The notes below the pieces were generated by a model. It was given only the letters and a program-made list of their open reading frames with translations, made no database searches and was not told the origin of the DNA. From positions 39,370,001 to 39,434,000 of the forward strand of contig OZ024757.1 in assembly GCA_964016885.1 (NCBI GenBank): a stretch of 64,000 nt of DNA, read 5' to 3'. Positions 1 through 14,200 of this stretch are shown in pieces (position 1 is the first letter of the stretch; each line of letters starts with the position of its first letter). This DNA is from Eledone cirrhosa (lineage: Eukaryota). The translations under genes were made by a program, and so were the position numbers.

Positions 1-3000
1 ATGACGTTTTAGCCCTTTTAGAGAGATTATAGTCGTTTTAGACGTTTTAGAGTAATTTTAGTCAATTATGATGCCGTTTTAGCCATTATATAACCATTGT
101 CTATCATTATAGAGGTTTTAGAGTCATTTTAGTCAATTATTATACTGTTTTAGCCATTTTAGAGTAATTTTATTCATTTATGATGCAGTTTTAGACGTTT
201 TAGAGTCATTTTAGACAATTATGATGCCGTTTTAGCCATTTTAGAAGCAGTTTAGTTGTTTTAGACCTTTTAGAGTCATTTTATTCAATTATGATGCTGT
301 TTTATCCATTTTAGTCATTTATGATGCATTTTTGGCCATTTTATAGCCATTTTAGACGTTTAGAGTCCTTTTAGTCAATTATGATGCAGTTTTAACCATT
401 TTAGAGGAATTTTACTCATTTATGATGCAGTTTTAGCGATTTATAGCAATTTTAGACGTTTTAAAGTCATTTTAGACAATTATGATGCTGTTTTAGCCAT
501 TTTAGAGTCATTTTAGACGTTTTAGATTCATTATAGTCAATCATGATGCCGTTTTAGCCATTATATATCCATTTTCTGTCAATTTAGACGTTTTAGAGTC
601 ATTTTAGTCAATTATGATGATGTTTTAGCCATTTTAGACGTTTTAGAGTCATTTTAGTCAATTATGATGCCGTTTTAGCCATTATATAGCCATTTTCAGT
701 CATTTTAGACGTTTTAGAGTCATGTTAGTCAATTATGATGCTGTTTTAGCCATTTTAGAGTAATGTTATTCATTTATGATGCAGTTTTAGACGTTTTAGA
801 GTCATTTTAGACAATGATGATGCAGTTTTACTCATTTACAACGCATTTTAGTCGTTTTAGAGTCATTTTAGTCAATTATGATGACGCTTTAGCCCTTTTA
901 GAGGAATTATAGTCGTTTTAGAGGCATTTTAGTCAATTACGATGCCGTTTTAGCCATTATATAGCCATTTTCCGTCATTTAGACGTTTTAGTGTCATTTT
1001 ATTCATTTATGATGCTGTTTTAGCCATTTTAGAGTCATTTTAGTCATTTATAATGCAGTTTTAGCTATTTTAGAGTCATTTTAGTCGTTTTAGACGTTTT
1101 AGAGTCATTTTAGTCAATCATGATGCAGTTTTACTCATTTACAAGTCATTTTAGTCGTTTTAGAGTCATTTTAGTCAATTATTATGACGTTTTAGCCCTT
1201 TTAGAGGAATTATAGTCGTTTTAGATGTTTAAGAGTCATTTTAGTCAATTATGATGCCGTTTTAGCTATTTTAGAGGCACTTTAGACGTTTTACAGTCAT
1301 TTTAGTCAATTATGATGCCGTTTTAGCCATTATATAGCCATTTTCCGTCATTGTAGACGTTTTAGAGTCATTTTATTCATTTATGATTCTGTTTTAGCCA
1401 TTTTAGAGTCATTTTAGTCATTTATAATGCAGTTTTAGCTATTTTAGAGTCATTTTAGTCGTTTTAGACGTTTTAGAGTCATTTTAGTCAATCATGATGC
1501 AGTTTACTCATTTACAAGTCATTTTAGTCGTTTTAGAGTCATTTTAGTCAATTATTATGACGTTTTAGCCCTTTTAGAGGAATTATAGTCGTTTTAGATG
1601 TTTAAGAGTCATTTTAGTCAATTATGATGCCGTTTTAGCTATTTTAGAGGCACTTTAGACGTTTTACAGTCATTTTAGTCAATTATGATGCCGTTTTAGC
1701 CATTATATAGCCATTTTCCGTCATTGTAGACGTTTTAGAGTCATTTTATTCATTTATGATTCTGTTTTAGCCATTTTAGAGACATTTTAGTCATTTATCA
1801 TGCAGTTTATTCATTTTATAGCCATTTGACACGTTTTATTCGTTATAGAGTCATTTTCTTCATTTAATGTGCTGTTGTAGCCATTCTAGAGTAATTTTAG
1901 TCATTTATAATGCAGTTTTAGATATTGTATAGCCATTTTAGACGTTTTTGAGTTATTTTCGTCAATAATGATGTAGTTTTACCTATTTTAGAGTCATTTT
2001 TGTCGTTTTAGACGTTTTAGAGTCATTTTACTCATTTACGATACCGTTTTAGCCATTATATAGACATTTCCCGTCATTTTAGACGTTTTAGAGTCATTTT
2101 ATTCAATTATGATGCTAATTTAGCCATTTTAGACTCATTTTAGACATGCTAGACGTTTTAGAGTCATTTTACTCAATTATGGTGCTGTTTTAGGCATTAT
2201 ATAGCCATTTTCCGTCATTTTAGACGCTTTAGAGTCATTTCATTCATTTATGATGCTGTTTTAGCCATTTTAGTGTCATTTTAGTCATTTATGATGCAGT
2301 TTTAGACGTTTTAGAGTCATTTTAGTCAATTATGATGCCGTTTTAGCCATTATATAGCCTTTTCCCGTCATTTTAGACGTTTTAGAGTCATTTTATTCAT
2401 TCATCATGCTATTTTAGTCATTTATAATGCAGTTTTAGCTATTTTAGACTCATTTAGTCGTTTTATACGTTTCAGAGTAATTTAAGTCAATAATGATGCA
2501 GTTTTAGCCATTTTAGAGTTGTTTTAGACGTTTTAGAGTCATTTTAGTCAATTATTATGCAGTTTTACTCATTTACAAGTCATTTTAGTCGTTTTAGAGT
2601 CATTCTAGTCAATTATTATGACATTTTAGCCCCTTTAGAGGAATTATAGTCGTTTTAGATGTTTTAGGGTCATTTTAGTCAATTATGATGCCGTTTTAGC
2701 CATTATATAGCCATTTCTTGACATTATAGAGGTTTTAGAGTCATTTTGGTCAATTATGATGCTGTTGTAGCCATTTTAGTTTAATTTTAGTCATTTATAA
2801 TGCATTTTAGCCATTTTAGAGTCATTTTAGTCAATTATGATGCCGTTTGAGACATTATACAGCCATTTTCCGTCATTTTAGACGTTTTAGAGTCATTTTA
2901 TTCATTCATGATGCAGTTTTAGACGTTTTAGAAGTAGTTTAGTTGTTTTAGAGTCATTTAGTCAATTATGATGCAGTTTTACTCATTTACAAGTCATTTT

Positions 3001-6000
3001 AGTCGTTTTAGAGTCATTTTAGTGAATTATGATGACGCTTTAGCCCTTTTAGAGGAATTATAGTCGTTTTAGACGTTTTAGAGTAATTTTAGTCAATTAT
3101 GATGCAGTTTTAGCCATTATATAGCCATTTTCCGTCATTTTAGACGTTTTAGAGTCATTTTATTCATCTATGATGCTGATTAGCCATTTTCTAGTCATTT
3201 TAGACGTTTTAGAGTCATTTTAGTCAATTATGATGCTGTTTTAGCCATTTTAGAGGCAGTTTAGTCGTTTTAGATGTTTTAGAGTCATTTTAGTCAATTA
3301 TGATGCTGTTTTAGCCATTATATAGCCATTTTCTGTCATTTTAGACGTTTTAGAGTCATTTTAGTCAATTATGATGCTGTTTTAGCCATTTGAGAGTCAT
3401 TTTAGTCATTTATGATGCAGTTTTAGCCATTTTAGATGCAGTTTAGTCGCTTTAGACGTTTTAGAGTCATTTTAGTCAATTATGATGCAGTTTTAGCCAT
3501 TATATAGCCATTTTCCGTCATTTTAGACGTTTTAGAGTCATTTTATTCATTTATGATGCTGTTTTAGCCATTATATAGCCATTTTATGTCATTTTAGACG
3601 TTTGAGAGTCATTCTAGTCAATCAGGATGCCGTTTTAAGCCATTATATAGCCATTTTAGGTCATTTTAGACGTTTTAGAGTCATTTTAATCAATCATGAT
3701 GTCGTTTTAGCCATTATATAGCGATTTTATGTCATTTTAGATGTTTTAGAGTCATTATAGTCAATTATGATGCTGTTTTAGCCATTTGAGAGTCATTTTA
3801 GTCATTTATGATGCAGTTTTAGCCATTTTAGATGCAGTTTAGTCGTTTTAGACGTTTTAGAGTCATTTTAGTCAATTATGGTGCAGTTTTAGCCATTATA
3901 TGGCCATTTTCCGTCATTTTAGCCGTTTTAGTGTCATTTTATTCATTTATTATGCTGTTTTAGCCATTATATAGCAATTTTATGTCATTTTTGACGTTTT
4001 AGAGTCATTTTAGACAATCATGATGCCGTTTTAGCCATTATATAGCCATGTTCCGTCATTTTAGACGTTTTAGAGTCATTTTATTACTTTTTGACGCTGT
4101 ATTAGCCATTTTAGAGTCATTTTAGAAGTTTTAGACGTTTTAGAGTCATTTTAATAAATCATGATGCCATTTTAGCCATTATATAGCCATTTTATGTCAT
4201 TTTAGACGTTTTAGAGTCAATTTATTCATCTATGATGCTGATTTAGCCATTTTATAGTCATTTTAGACGTTTTAGAGTCATTTTAGTCAATTATGATGCT
4301 GTTTTAGCCATTTGATAGTGATTTTAGTCATTTATGATGCAGTTTTAGCCATTTTAGAGGCAGTTTAGTCGTTTTAGATGTTTTAGAGTCATTTTAGTCA
4401 ATTATGATGCAGTTTTAGCCATTATATAGCCATTTTCTGTCATTTTAGACGTTTTAGAGTCATTTTAGTCAATTATGATGCTGTTTTAGCCATTTGAGAG
4501 TCATTTTAATCATTTATGATGCAGTTTTAGCCATTTTAGATGCAGTTTAGTCGTTTTAGACGTTTTAGAGTCATTTTAGTCAATTATGATGCAGTTTTAG
4601 CCATTATATAGCCATTTTCCATCATTTTAGACGTTTTAGAGTCATTTTAGTCAATTATGATGCTGTTTTAGCCATTTGAGAGTCATTTTAGTCAATTATG
4701 ATGCAGTTTTAGCTATTATATAGCCATGTTCCGTCATTTTAGACGTTTTAGAGTCATTTTATTACTTTTTGACGCTGTTTTAGCCATTTTAGAATCATTT
4801 TAGACGTTTTAGAGTCATTTTAATCAATCATTATGCTGTTTTAGCCATTATATAGCCATTTTATGTCATTTTAGACGTTTGAGCGTCATTTTAGTCAATC
4901 ATGATGCCGTTTTAGCCATTATATAGCCATTTTAGGTCATTTTAGACGTTTTAGAGTCATTTTAATCAATCATGATGTCGTTTTAGCCATTATATAGCGA
5001 TTTTATGTCATTTTAGACGTTTTAGAGTCATTTTAATCAATCATGATGCCGTTTTAGCCATTATATAGCCATTTTAGGTCATTTTAGACGTTTTAGAGTC
5101 ATTTTAATCAATCATGATGTCGTTTTAGCCATTATATAGCGATTCTATGTCATTTTAGATGTTTTAGAGTCATTTTAGACAATTATGATGCCGTTTTAAC
5201 TATTATATAGACATTTTCAGTCATTTTAGACGTTTTAGAGTCATTTTATTCATCTATGATGCTGATTTAGCCATTTTATAGTCATTTTATGTCATTTTAG
5301 ACGTTTTAGAGTAATTTTAATCAATCATGATGCCATTTTAGCCATTATGTAGCCATTTTGTGTCATTTTAGACGTTTTAGAGTCATTTTAGTCAATTATG
5401 ATGCTGTTTTAGCCATTTGAGAGTCATTTTAGACAATTATGATGCCGTTTTAGCCATTTTAGAGGCAATTTAGTCGTTTTAGACGTTTTAAAGTCATTTT
5501 AGACAATTATGATGCTGTTTTAGCCATTTTAGAGTCATTTTAGACGTTTTAGAGTCATTATAGTCAATCATGATGCCGTTTTAGCCATTATATATCCATT
5601 TTCTGTCATTTTAGACGTTTTAGAGTCATTTTAGTCAATTATGATGCTGTTTTAGCCATTTTTAGAGTCATTTTAGACGTTTTAGATTCATTATAGTCAA
5701 TCATGATGCCGTTTTAGCCATTATATATCCATTTTCTGTCAATTTAGACGTTTTAGAGTCATTTTAGTCAATTATGATGATGTTTTAGCCATTTTAGACG
5801 TTTTAGAGTAATTTTAGTCAATTATGATGCCGTTTTAGCCATTATATAGCCATTTTCGGTCATTTTAGACGTTTTAGAGTCATGTTAGTCAATTATGATG
5901 CTGTTTTAGCCATTTTAGAGTAATGTTATTCATTTATGATGCAGTTTTAGACGTTTTAGAGTCATTTTAGACAATGATGATGCCGTTTTAGCCATTTTAG

Positions 6001-8216
6001 AAGCAGTTTAGTTGTTTTAGACCTTTTAGAGTCATTTTAGTCAATTATGATGCAGTTTTACTCATTTACAACGCATTTTAGTCGTTTTTAGAGTCATTTT
6101 AGTCAATTATGATGACGCTTTAGCCCTTTTAGAGGAATTATAGTCGTTTTAGACGTTTTAGAGGCATTTTAGTCAATTACGATGCCGTTTTAGCCATTAT
6201 ATAGCCATTTTCCGTCATTTTAGACGTTTTAGTGTCATTTTATTCATTTATGATGCTGTTTTAGCCATTTTAGAGTCATTTTAGTCATTTATAATTCAGT
6301 TTTAGCTATTTTAGAGTCATTTTAGTCGTTTTAGACGTTTTAGAGTCATTTTAGTCAATCATGATGCAGTTTTACTCATTTACAAGTCATTTTAGTCGTT
6401 TTAGAGTCATTTTAGTCAATTATTATGACGTTTTAGCCCTTTTAGAGGAATTATAGTCGTTTTAGATGTTTAAGAGTCATTTTAGTCAATTATGATGCCG
6501 TTTTAGCTATTTTAGAGGCACTTTAGACGTTTTACAGTCATTTTAGTCAATTATGATGCCGTTTTAGCCATTATATAGCCATTTTCCGTCATTGTAGACG
6601 TTTTAGAGTCATTTTATTCATTTATGATTCTGTTTTAGCCATTTTAGAGACATTTTAGTCATTTATGATGCAGTTTATTCATTTTATAGCCATTTGACAC
6701 GTTTTATTCGTTANNNNNNNNNNNNNNNNNNNNNNNNNNNNNNNNNNNNNNNNNNNNNNNNNNNNNNNNNNNNNNNNNNNNNNNNNNNNNNNNNNNNNNN
6801 NNNNNNNNNNNNNNNNNNNNNNNNNNNNNNNNNNNNNNNNNNNNNNNNNNNNNNNNNNNNNNNNNNNNNNNNNNNNNNNNNNNNNNNNNNNNNNNNNNNN
6901 NNNNNNNNNNNNNATTTATGATGCAGTTTTAACCATTTTATAGCCATTTTAGACCTTTTAGAGTTATTTTAGTCAATTATGATGCCGTCTTAGCCATTAT
7001 ATAGCCATTTTCCGTCATTTTAGACGTTTTAGAGTCATTTTATTCATTTATGATGCTGCTTTAGCCATTTTAGAGTCATTTTAGTCATTTATAATGCAGT
7101 TGTAGCCATTTTAGACGTTTTGGACGTTTTAGCGTCATTTTAGTCAATTATGATGCCGTTTTAGCTATTTTAGAGGCACTTTAGACGTTTTACAGTCATT
7201 TTAGTGAATTATGATGCCGTTTTAGCCATTATATAGCCATTTTCCGTCATTGTAGACGTTTTAGAGTCATTTTATTCATTTATGATTCTCTTTTAGCCAT
7301 TTTAGAGACATTTTAGTCATTTATGATGCAGTTTATTCATTTTATAGACATTTGACACGTTTTATTCGTTATAGAGTCATTTTCTTCATTTAATGTGCTG
7401 TTTTAGCCATTCTAGAGTAATTTTTGTCATTTATAATGCAGTTTTAGCTATTTTATAGCCATTTTAGACGTTTTTGAGTTATTTTAGTCAATAATGATGC
7501 AGTTTTACCCATTTTAGAGTCATTTTTGTCGTTTTAGACATTTTAGAGTCATTTTAGTCATTTACGATACCGTTTTAGCCATTATATAGACATTTCCCGT
7601 CATTTTAGACGTTTTAGAGTCATTTTATTCAATTATGATGCCAATTTAGCCATTTTAGAGTCATTTTAGACGTGCTAGACGTTTCAGAGTCATTTTACTC
7701 AATTATGATGCCGTTTTAGGCATTATATAGACATTTTCCGTCATTTTAGAGGTTTTAGAGTCATTTCATTCATTTATGATGCTGTTTTAACCATTTTAGA
7801 GTCATTTTAGTCATTTATGATGCAGTTTTAGTCATTTTAGAGTCATTTTAGACGTTTTAAACGTTTTAGAGTCATTTTAGTCAATCATGATGCCGTTTTA
7901 GCCATTATATAGATATTTTCTGTCATTTTAGACGTTTTACAGTCATTTTAGTCAATTATGATACCGTTTTAGCCATTATATAGCCATTTTCCGTCATTTT
8001 AGACGTTTTAGAGTCATTTTATTCATTTATGATGCTGTTTTAGCCATTTTAGTGTCATCTTAGACGTTTTAGAAGTTTTAGAGACATTTTAGTCAATCAT
8101 GATGCCATTTTAGCCATTATATAGCCATTTTCTGTCATTTTAGACGTTTTAGAGTCATTTCAGTCCATTATGATGCTGTTCTAGCCATTTTAGTGTCACT
8201 TTACTCATTTATGATG
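1..8216 (+). repeat. Satellite array, T-rich orientation (TTTTAG-anchored subunits: ttttagacg / ttttagagtca / ttttagtcaattatgatgc.. / ttttagcca)
   Basis: Continuous tandem subunits with a T4 tract about every 10 bp. No ORFs. Runs off the left edge and spans the N gap. Confidence 0.97.
6714..6913. other. Assembly gap (200 N)
   Basis: Run of exactly 200 n with the same satellite on both sides. Confidence 0.99.
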
Positions 8217-11200
8217 CTAAAACATCTAAAATGGCTATACAATGGCTAAAACAGCATTATAAATGAATAAAATATCTCTTAAACGACTAAAACGTCTAAA
8301 ATGACAAACAATGGCTATATAATGGCTAAAATGACTCTAAAACGACTAAAATTCCTCTGAAATAGCTAAAACGGCCACATAGTTGACTAAAATGACTCTA
8401 AAACGTCTAAAATGACAGAAAATGGCTATATAATGGCTCAAACGGCATCATGATTGAATAAAATGATACTAAAACGACTAAATTGACTCTAAAATGGCTT
8501 AAACTGCATCATAAATGACTAAAACGACTGAAATGACTCAGGAATTGCTAAATATGGCATCATAAATGATTAAATACCTCTAAAATGGCTAAAACACCAT
8601 CATAATTGACTAAAATGACTGTAAAATGACTCTAAAACGATTAACATCTCTCTAAAATGGCTAAAACTGCATCAAAATTGACTAAAATGACTCTAAAACG
8701 ACTAAAATGACTATAAAACGTCTAAAATGACAGAAAATGGCTATATAATGGCTAGAACGGCACCATGATTGACTATAATGACTCTAAAGCAACTAAAATG
8801 ACTCTAAAACGACTAAAATGACTCTAAAATGGCTTAAACAGCATCATAAATGATTACAAAGACTGAAATGACCCAGAAATGGATAAATATGGCATCATAA
8901 ATGATTAAATGCCTCTAAAATGACTATCGCAGCATCATAATTGACTAAAATGACTCTAAAACGACTAAAATGACTCTAAAACGACTAAAATGACTCTAAG
9001 ATGGCTAAAACTGCATTATAAATGACTGAAATGACTCTAAAATGGCTAAATCAGCATCATAAATGAATAATATGACTCTATAACGTCTAAATTGGCTATA
9101 AAATGACTAAAACTGCATCATAAATGACTAAAATGACTCTAAAACGAGTAAAATGGCTATAAAATGACTAAAACTGCATCATAAATGAATAATATGACTC
9201 TAAAATGGCTAATACAGCATCATAAATGACTAAAATGACTCTAAACGACTAAAATGACTCTAAAACGACTAAAATGTCTGTAAAATGACTAAAATTGCAT
9301 TATAAATGACTAAAGTGACTCTCAAATGACTAAAACAGCATCATAATTGACTAAAATTACTATAAAACGTCTAAAATGACAGAAAATGGATATATAATGG
9401 CTAAAACGGCCTCATCAGTGAATAAAATGACTCTAAATCATCTAAAACAACTAAAATTCCTCTAAAATGGCTAAAACTGCATCATAATTGACTAAAATGA
9501 CTCTAAAACGACTAAAATGACTCTAAAACGACTAAAATGACTCTAAGATGGCTAAAACTGCATTATAAATGACTGAAATGACTCTAAAATGGCTAAATCA
9601 GCATCATAAATGAATAATATGACTCTATAACGTCTAAATTGGCTATAAAATGACTAAAACTGCATCATAAATGACTAAAATGACTATAAAACGAGTAAAA
9701 TGGCTATAAAATGACTAAAACTGCATCATAAATGAATAATATGACTCTAAAATGGCTAAAACAGCATCATAAATGACTAAAATGACTCTAAACGACTAAA
9801 ATGATTCTAAAACGACTAAAATGTCTGTAAAATGACTAAAATTGCATTATAAATGACTAAAATGACTCTCAAATGACTAAAACAGCATCATAATTGACTA
9901 AAATTACTATAAAACGTCTAAAATGACAGAAAATGGATATATAATGGCTAAAACGGCCTCATCAGTGAATAAAATGACTCTAAATCATCTAAAACAACTA
10001 AAATTCCTCGAAAATGGCTAAAACTGCATCATAATTGACTAAAATGACTTTGAAACGACTAAAATGACTCTAAAACGACGAAAATGACTCTAAAACAACT
10101 GAAATGACTGTAAAATAGCTTAAACTGCATTATAAATGACTAAAATGACTCTAAAATGGCTAAAACAGCATCATAAATGAATAATATGACTCTATAACGT
10201 CTAAAATTGCTATAAAATGACTAAAACTGCATCATAATTGACTAAAATGACTCTAAAACGACTAAAATGACTCTAAAACGACTAAAATGACTATAAAACG
10301 ACTAAAATGACTGTAAAACGACTAAAATGACTCTAAAACGACTAAAATGACTATAAAACGACTAAAATGACTATAAAACGTCTAAAATGACAGAAAATGG
10401 CTATATAATGGCTAGAACGGACTCATGATTGACTATAATGACTCTAAAACAACTAAAATGACTCTAAAACGTCTAAAACGACTAAAATGACACTAAAACG
10501 ACTAACATCTCTCTAAAATGGCTAATACTGCATCAAAATTGACTAAAATGACTCTAAAATGACTATAAAACGTCTAAAATGACAGAAAATGGCTATATAA
10601 TGGCTAGAACGGCATCATGATTGACTATAATGACTCTAAAACAACTAAAATGACTCTAAAACGTCTAAAACGACGAAAATGACTCTAAAATGGCTTAAAC
10701 AGCGTCATAAATGATTACAAAGACTGAAATGACCCAGAAATGGATAAATATGGCATCATAAATGATTAAATGCCTCTAAAATGACTATCGCAGCATCATA
10801 ATTGACTAAAATGACTCTAAAACGACTAAAATGACTCTAAAACGACTAAAATGACTATAAGATGGCTAAAATTGCATTATAAATGACTGAAATGACTCTA
10901 AAATGGCTAAATCAGCATCATAAATGAATAATATGACTCTATAACGTATAATTTGGCTATAAAATGACTAAAACTGCATCATAAATGACTAAAATGACTC
11001 TAAAACGAGTAAAATGGCTATAAAATGACTAAAACTGCATCATAAATGAATAATATGACTCTAAAATGGCTAAAACAGCATCATAAATGACTAAAATGAC
11101 TCTAAACGACTAACATGACTCTAAAACGACTAAAATGTCTGTAAAATGACTAAAACTGCATTATAAATGACTAAAATGACTCTCAAATGACTAAAACAGC

Positions 11201-14200
11201 ATCATAATTGACTAAAATGACTCTAAAACAACTAAAATGACTCTAAAACGACTAACATCTGTCTAAAATGGCTAAAACTGCATCATAATTGACTAAAATG
11301 ACTCTAAAACGACTAAAATGACTCTAAAACGACTAAGATGACTCTAAAATGGCTAAAACTGCATTATAAATGACTGAAATGACTCTAAAATGGCTAAATC
11401 AGCATCATAAATGAATAATATGACTCTATAACGTCTAAATTGGCTATAAAATGACTAAAACTGCATCATAAATGACTAAAATGACTCTAAAACGAGTAAA
11501 ATGGCTATAAAATGACTACAACTGCATCATAAATGAATAATATGACACTAAAATGGCTAAAACAGCATCATAAATGACTAAAATGACTCTAAACGACTAA
11601 AATGACTCTAAAACGACTAAAATGTCTGTAAAATGACTAAAACTGCATTATGAATGACTAAAATGACTCTCAAATGACTAAAACAGCATCATAATTGACT
11701 AAAATGACTCTAAAACGACTAAAATGACTCTAAAACGACTAACATCTCTCTAAAATGGCTAAAACTGCATCAGAATTGACTAAAATGACTCTAAAACGAC
11801 TAAAATGACTATAAAACGTCTAAAATGACAGAAAATGGCTATATAATGGCTAGAACGGCATCATGATTGACTATAATGACTCTAAAACAACTAAAATGAC
11901 TCTAAAACGTCTAAAACGACTAAAATGACTCTAAAATGGCTTAAACAGCATCATAAATGATTACAAAGACTGAAATGACTCAGAAATGGATAAATATGGC
12001 ATCATAAATGATTAAATGCCTCTAAAATGACTATCGCAGCATCATAATTGACTAAAATGACTGTAAAACGACTAAAATGACTCTAAAATGACTAAATCAG
12101 CATCATAAATGAATAATATGACTCTATAACGTCTAAATTGGCTATAAAATGACTAAAACTGCATCATAAATGACTAAAATGACTCTAAAACGAGTAAAAT
12201 GGCTATAAAATGACTAAAACTGCATCATAAATGAATAATATGACTCTAAAATGGCTAAAACAGCATCATAAATGAATAAAATGACTCTAAACGACTAAAA
12301 TGACTCTAAAACGACTAAAATGTCTGTAAAATAGCTAAAACTGCATTATAAATGACTAAAATGACTCAAATGGCTAAAACAGCATCATAAACGACTAAAA
12401 TGACTCTACAACGACTAAAATGACTCGTAAATGACTAAAACAGCATCATAATTGACTAAAATTACTATAAAACGTATAAAATGACAGAAAATGGCGATAT
12501 AATGGCTAAAACGGTATCAAAATTGACTAAAATGACGCTAAAACGACTACAATGACCCTAAAATGGCTTAAACTGCATCATAAATGACTAAAACGATTGA
12601 AATGACTCAGGAATGGCTAAATATGGCATCATAAATGATTAAATGCCTCTAAAATGACTATCGCAGCATCATAATTGACTAAAATGACTCTAAAACGACT
12701 AAAATGACTCTAAAACGACGAAAATGACACTAAATGGCTAAAACTGCATTATAAATGACTGAAATGACTCTAAACTGGCTAAATCAGCATCATAAATGAA
12801 TAATATGACTCTATAACGTCTAAATTGGCTATAAAATGACTAAAACTGCATCATAAATGACTAAAATGACTCTAAAACGACTAGAATAGCTATAAAATGA
12901 CTAAAACTGCATCATAAATGAATAATATGACTCTAAAATGGCTAAAACAGCATCATAAATGAATAAAATGACTGTAAACGACTAAAATGACTCTAAAACG
13001 ACTAAAATGTCTGTAAAATGGTTAAAAATGCATTATAAATGATTAAAATGACTCTCAAATGGATAAAACAGCATCATAAACGACTAAAATGACTCTACAA
13101 CGACTAAAATGACTCGGAAATGACTAAAACAGCATCATAATTGACTAAAATTACTATAAAACGTATAAAATGACAGAAAATAGCTATATAATGGCTAAAA
13201 CGGTGTTATAAGCGAATGAAATGACTCTAAAACATCTAAAACAACTAAAATTCCTCTAAAATGGCTAAAACTGCATCATAATTGACTAAAATGAATTTAA
13301 AACGACTAAAATGACTCTAAAACGACGAAAATGACTCTAAAACGACTGAAATGACTGTAAAATAGCTTAAACTGCATCATAAATGACTAAAATGACTCTA
13401 AAATGGCTAAAACAGCATCATAAATGAATAATATGACTCTATAACGTCTAAAATGGCTATAAAATGACTAAAACTGCATCATAAACGACTAAAACGTCTA
13501 AAATGACAGAAAATGGCAATATAATGGCTAAAACGGTATCAAAACTGACTAAAATGACACTAAAACGACTACAATGACCCTAAAATGGCTTAAACTGCAT
13601 CATAAATGACTAAAACGACTGAAATGACTCAGGAATGGCTAAATATGGCATCATAAATGATTAAATGCCTCTAAAATGGCTAAAACAGCATCATAATTGA
13701 CTAAAATGACTCTAAAACAACTAAAATGACTCTAAAACGACTAACATCTCTCTAAAATGGCTAAAACTGCATCAAAATGGACTAAAATGACTCTAAAACG
13801 ACTAAAATGACTATAAAACGTCTAAAATGACAGAAAATGGCTATATAATGGCTAGAACGAACTCATGATTGACTATAATGACTCTAAAACAACTAAAATG
13901 ACTCTAAAACTTCTAAAACGACTAAAATGACTCTAAAACGACTAACATCTCTCTAAAATGGCTAAAACTGCATCAAAATTGACTAAAATGACTCTAAAAT
14001 GACTATAAAACGTCTAAAATGACAGAAAATGGCTATATAATGGCTAGGACGGCATCATGATTGACTATAATGAATCTAAAACAACTAAAATGACTCTAAA
14101 ACGTCTAAAACGACTAAAATGACTCTAAAATGGCTTAAACAGCATCATAAATGATTACAAAGACTGAAATGACCCAGAAATGGATAAATATGGCATCATA

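Noticed and set aside
6694-6947. ORFs spanning X runs
   Set aside because: Artefacts of the N gap.
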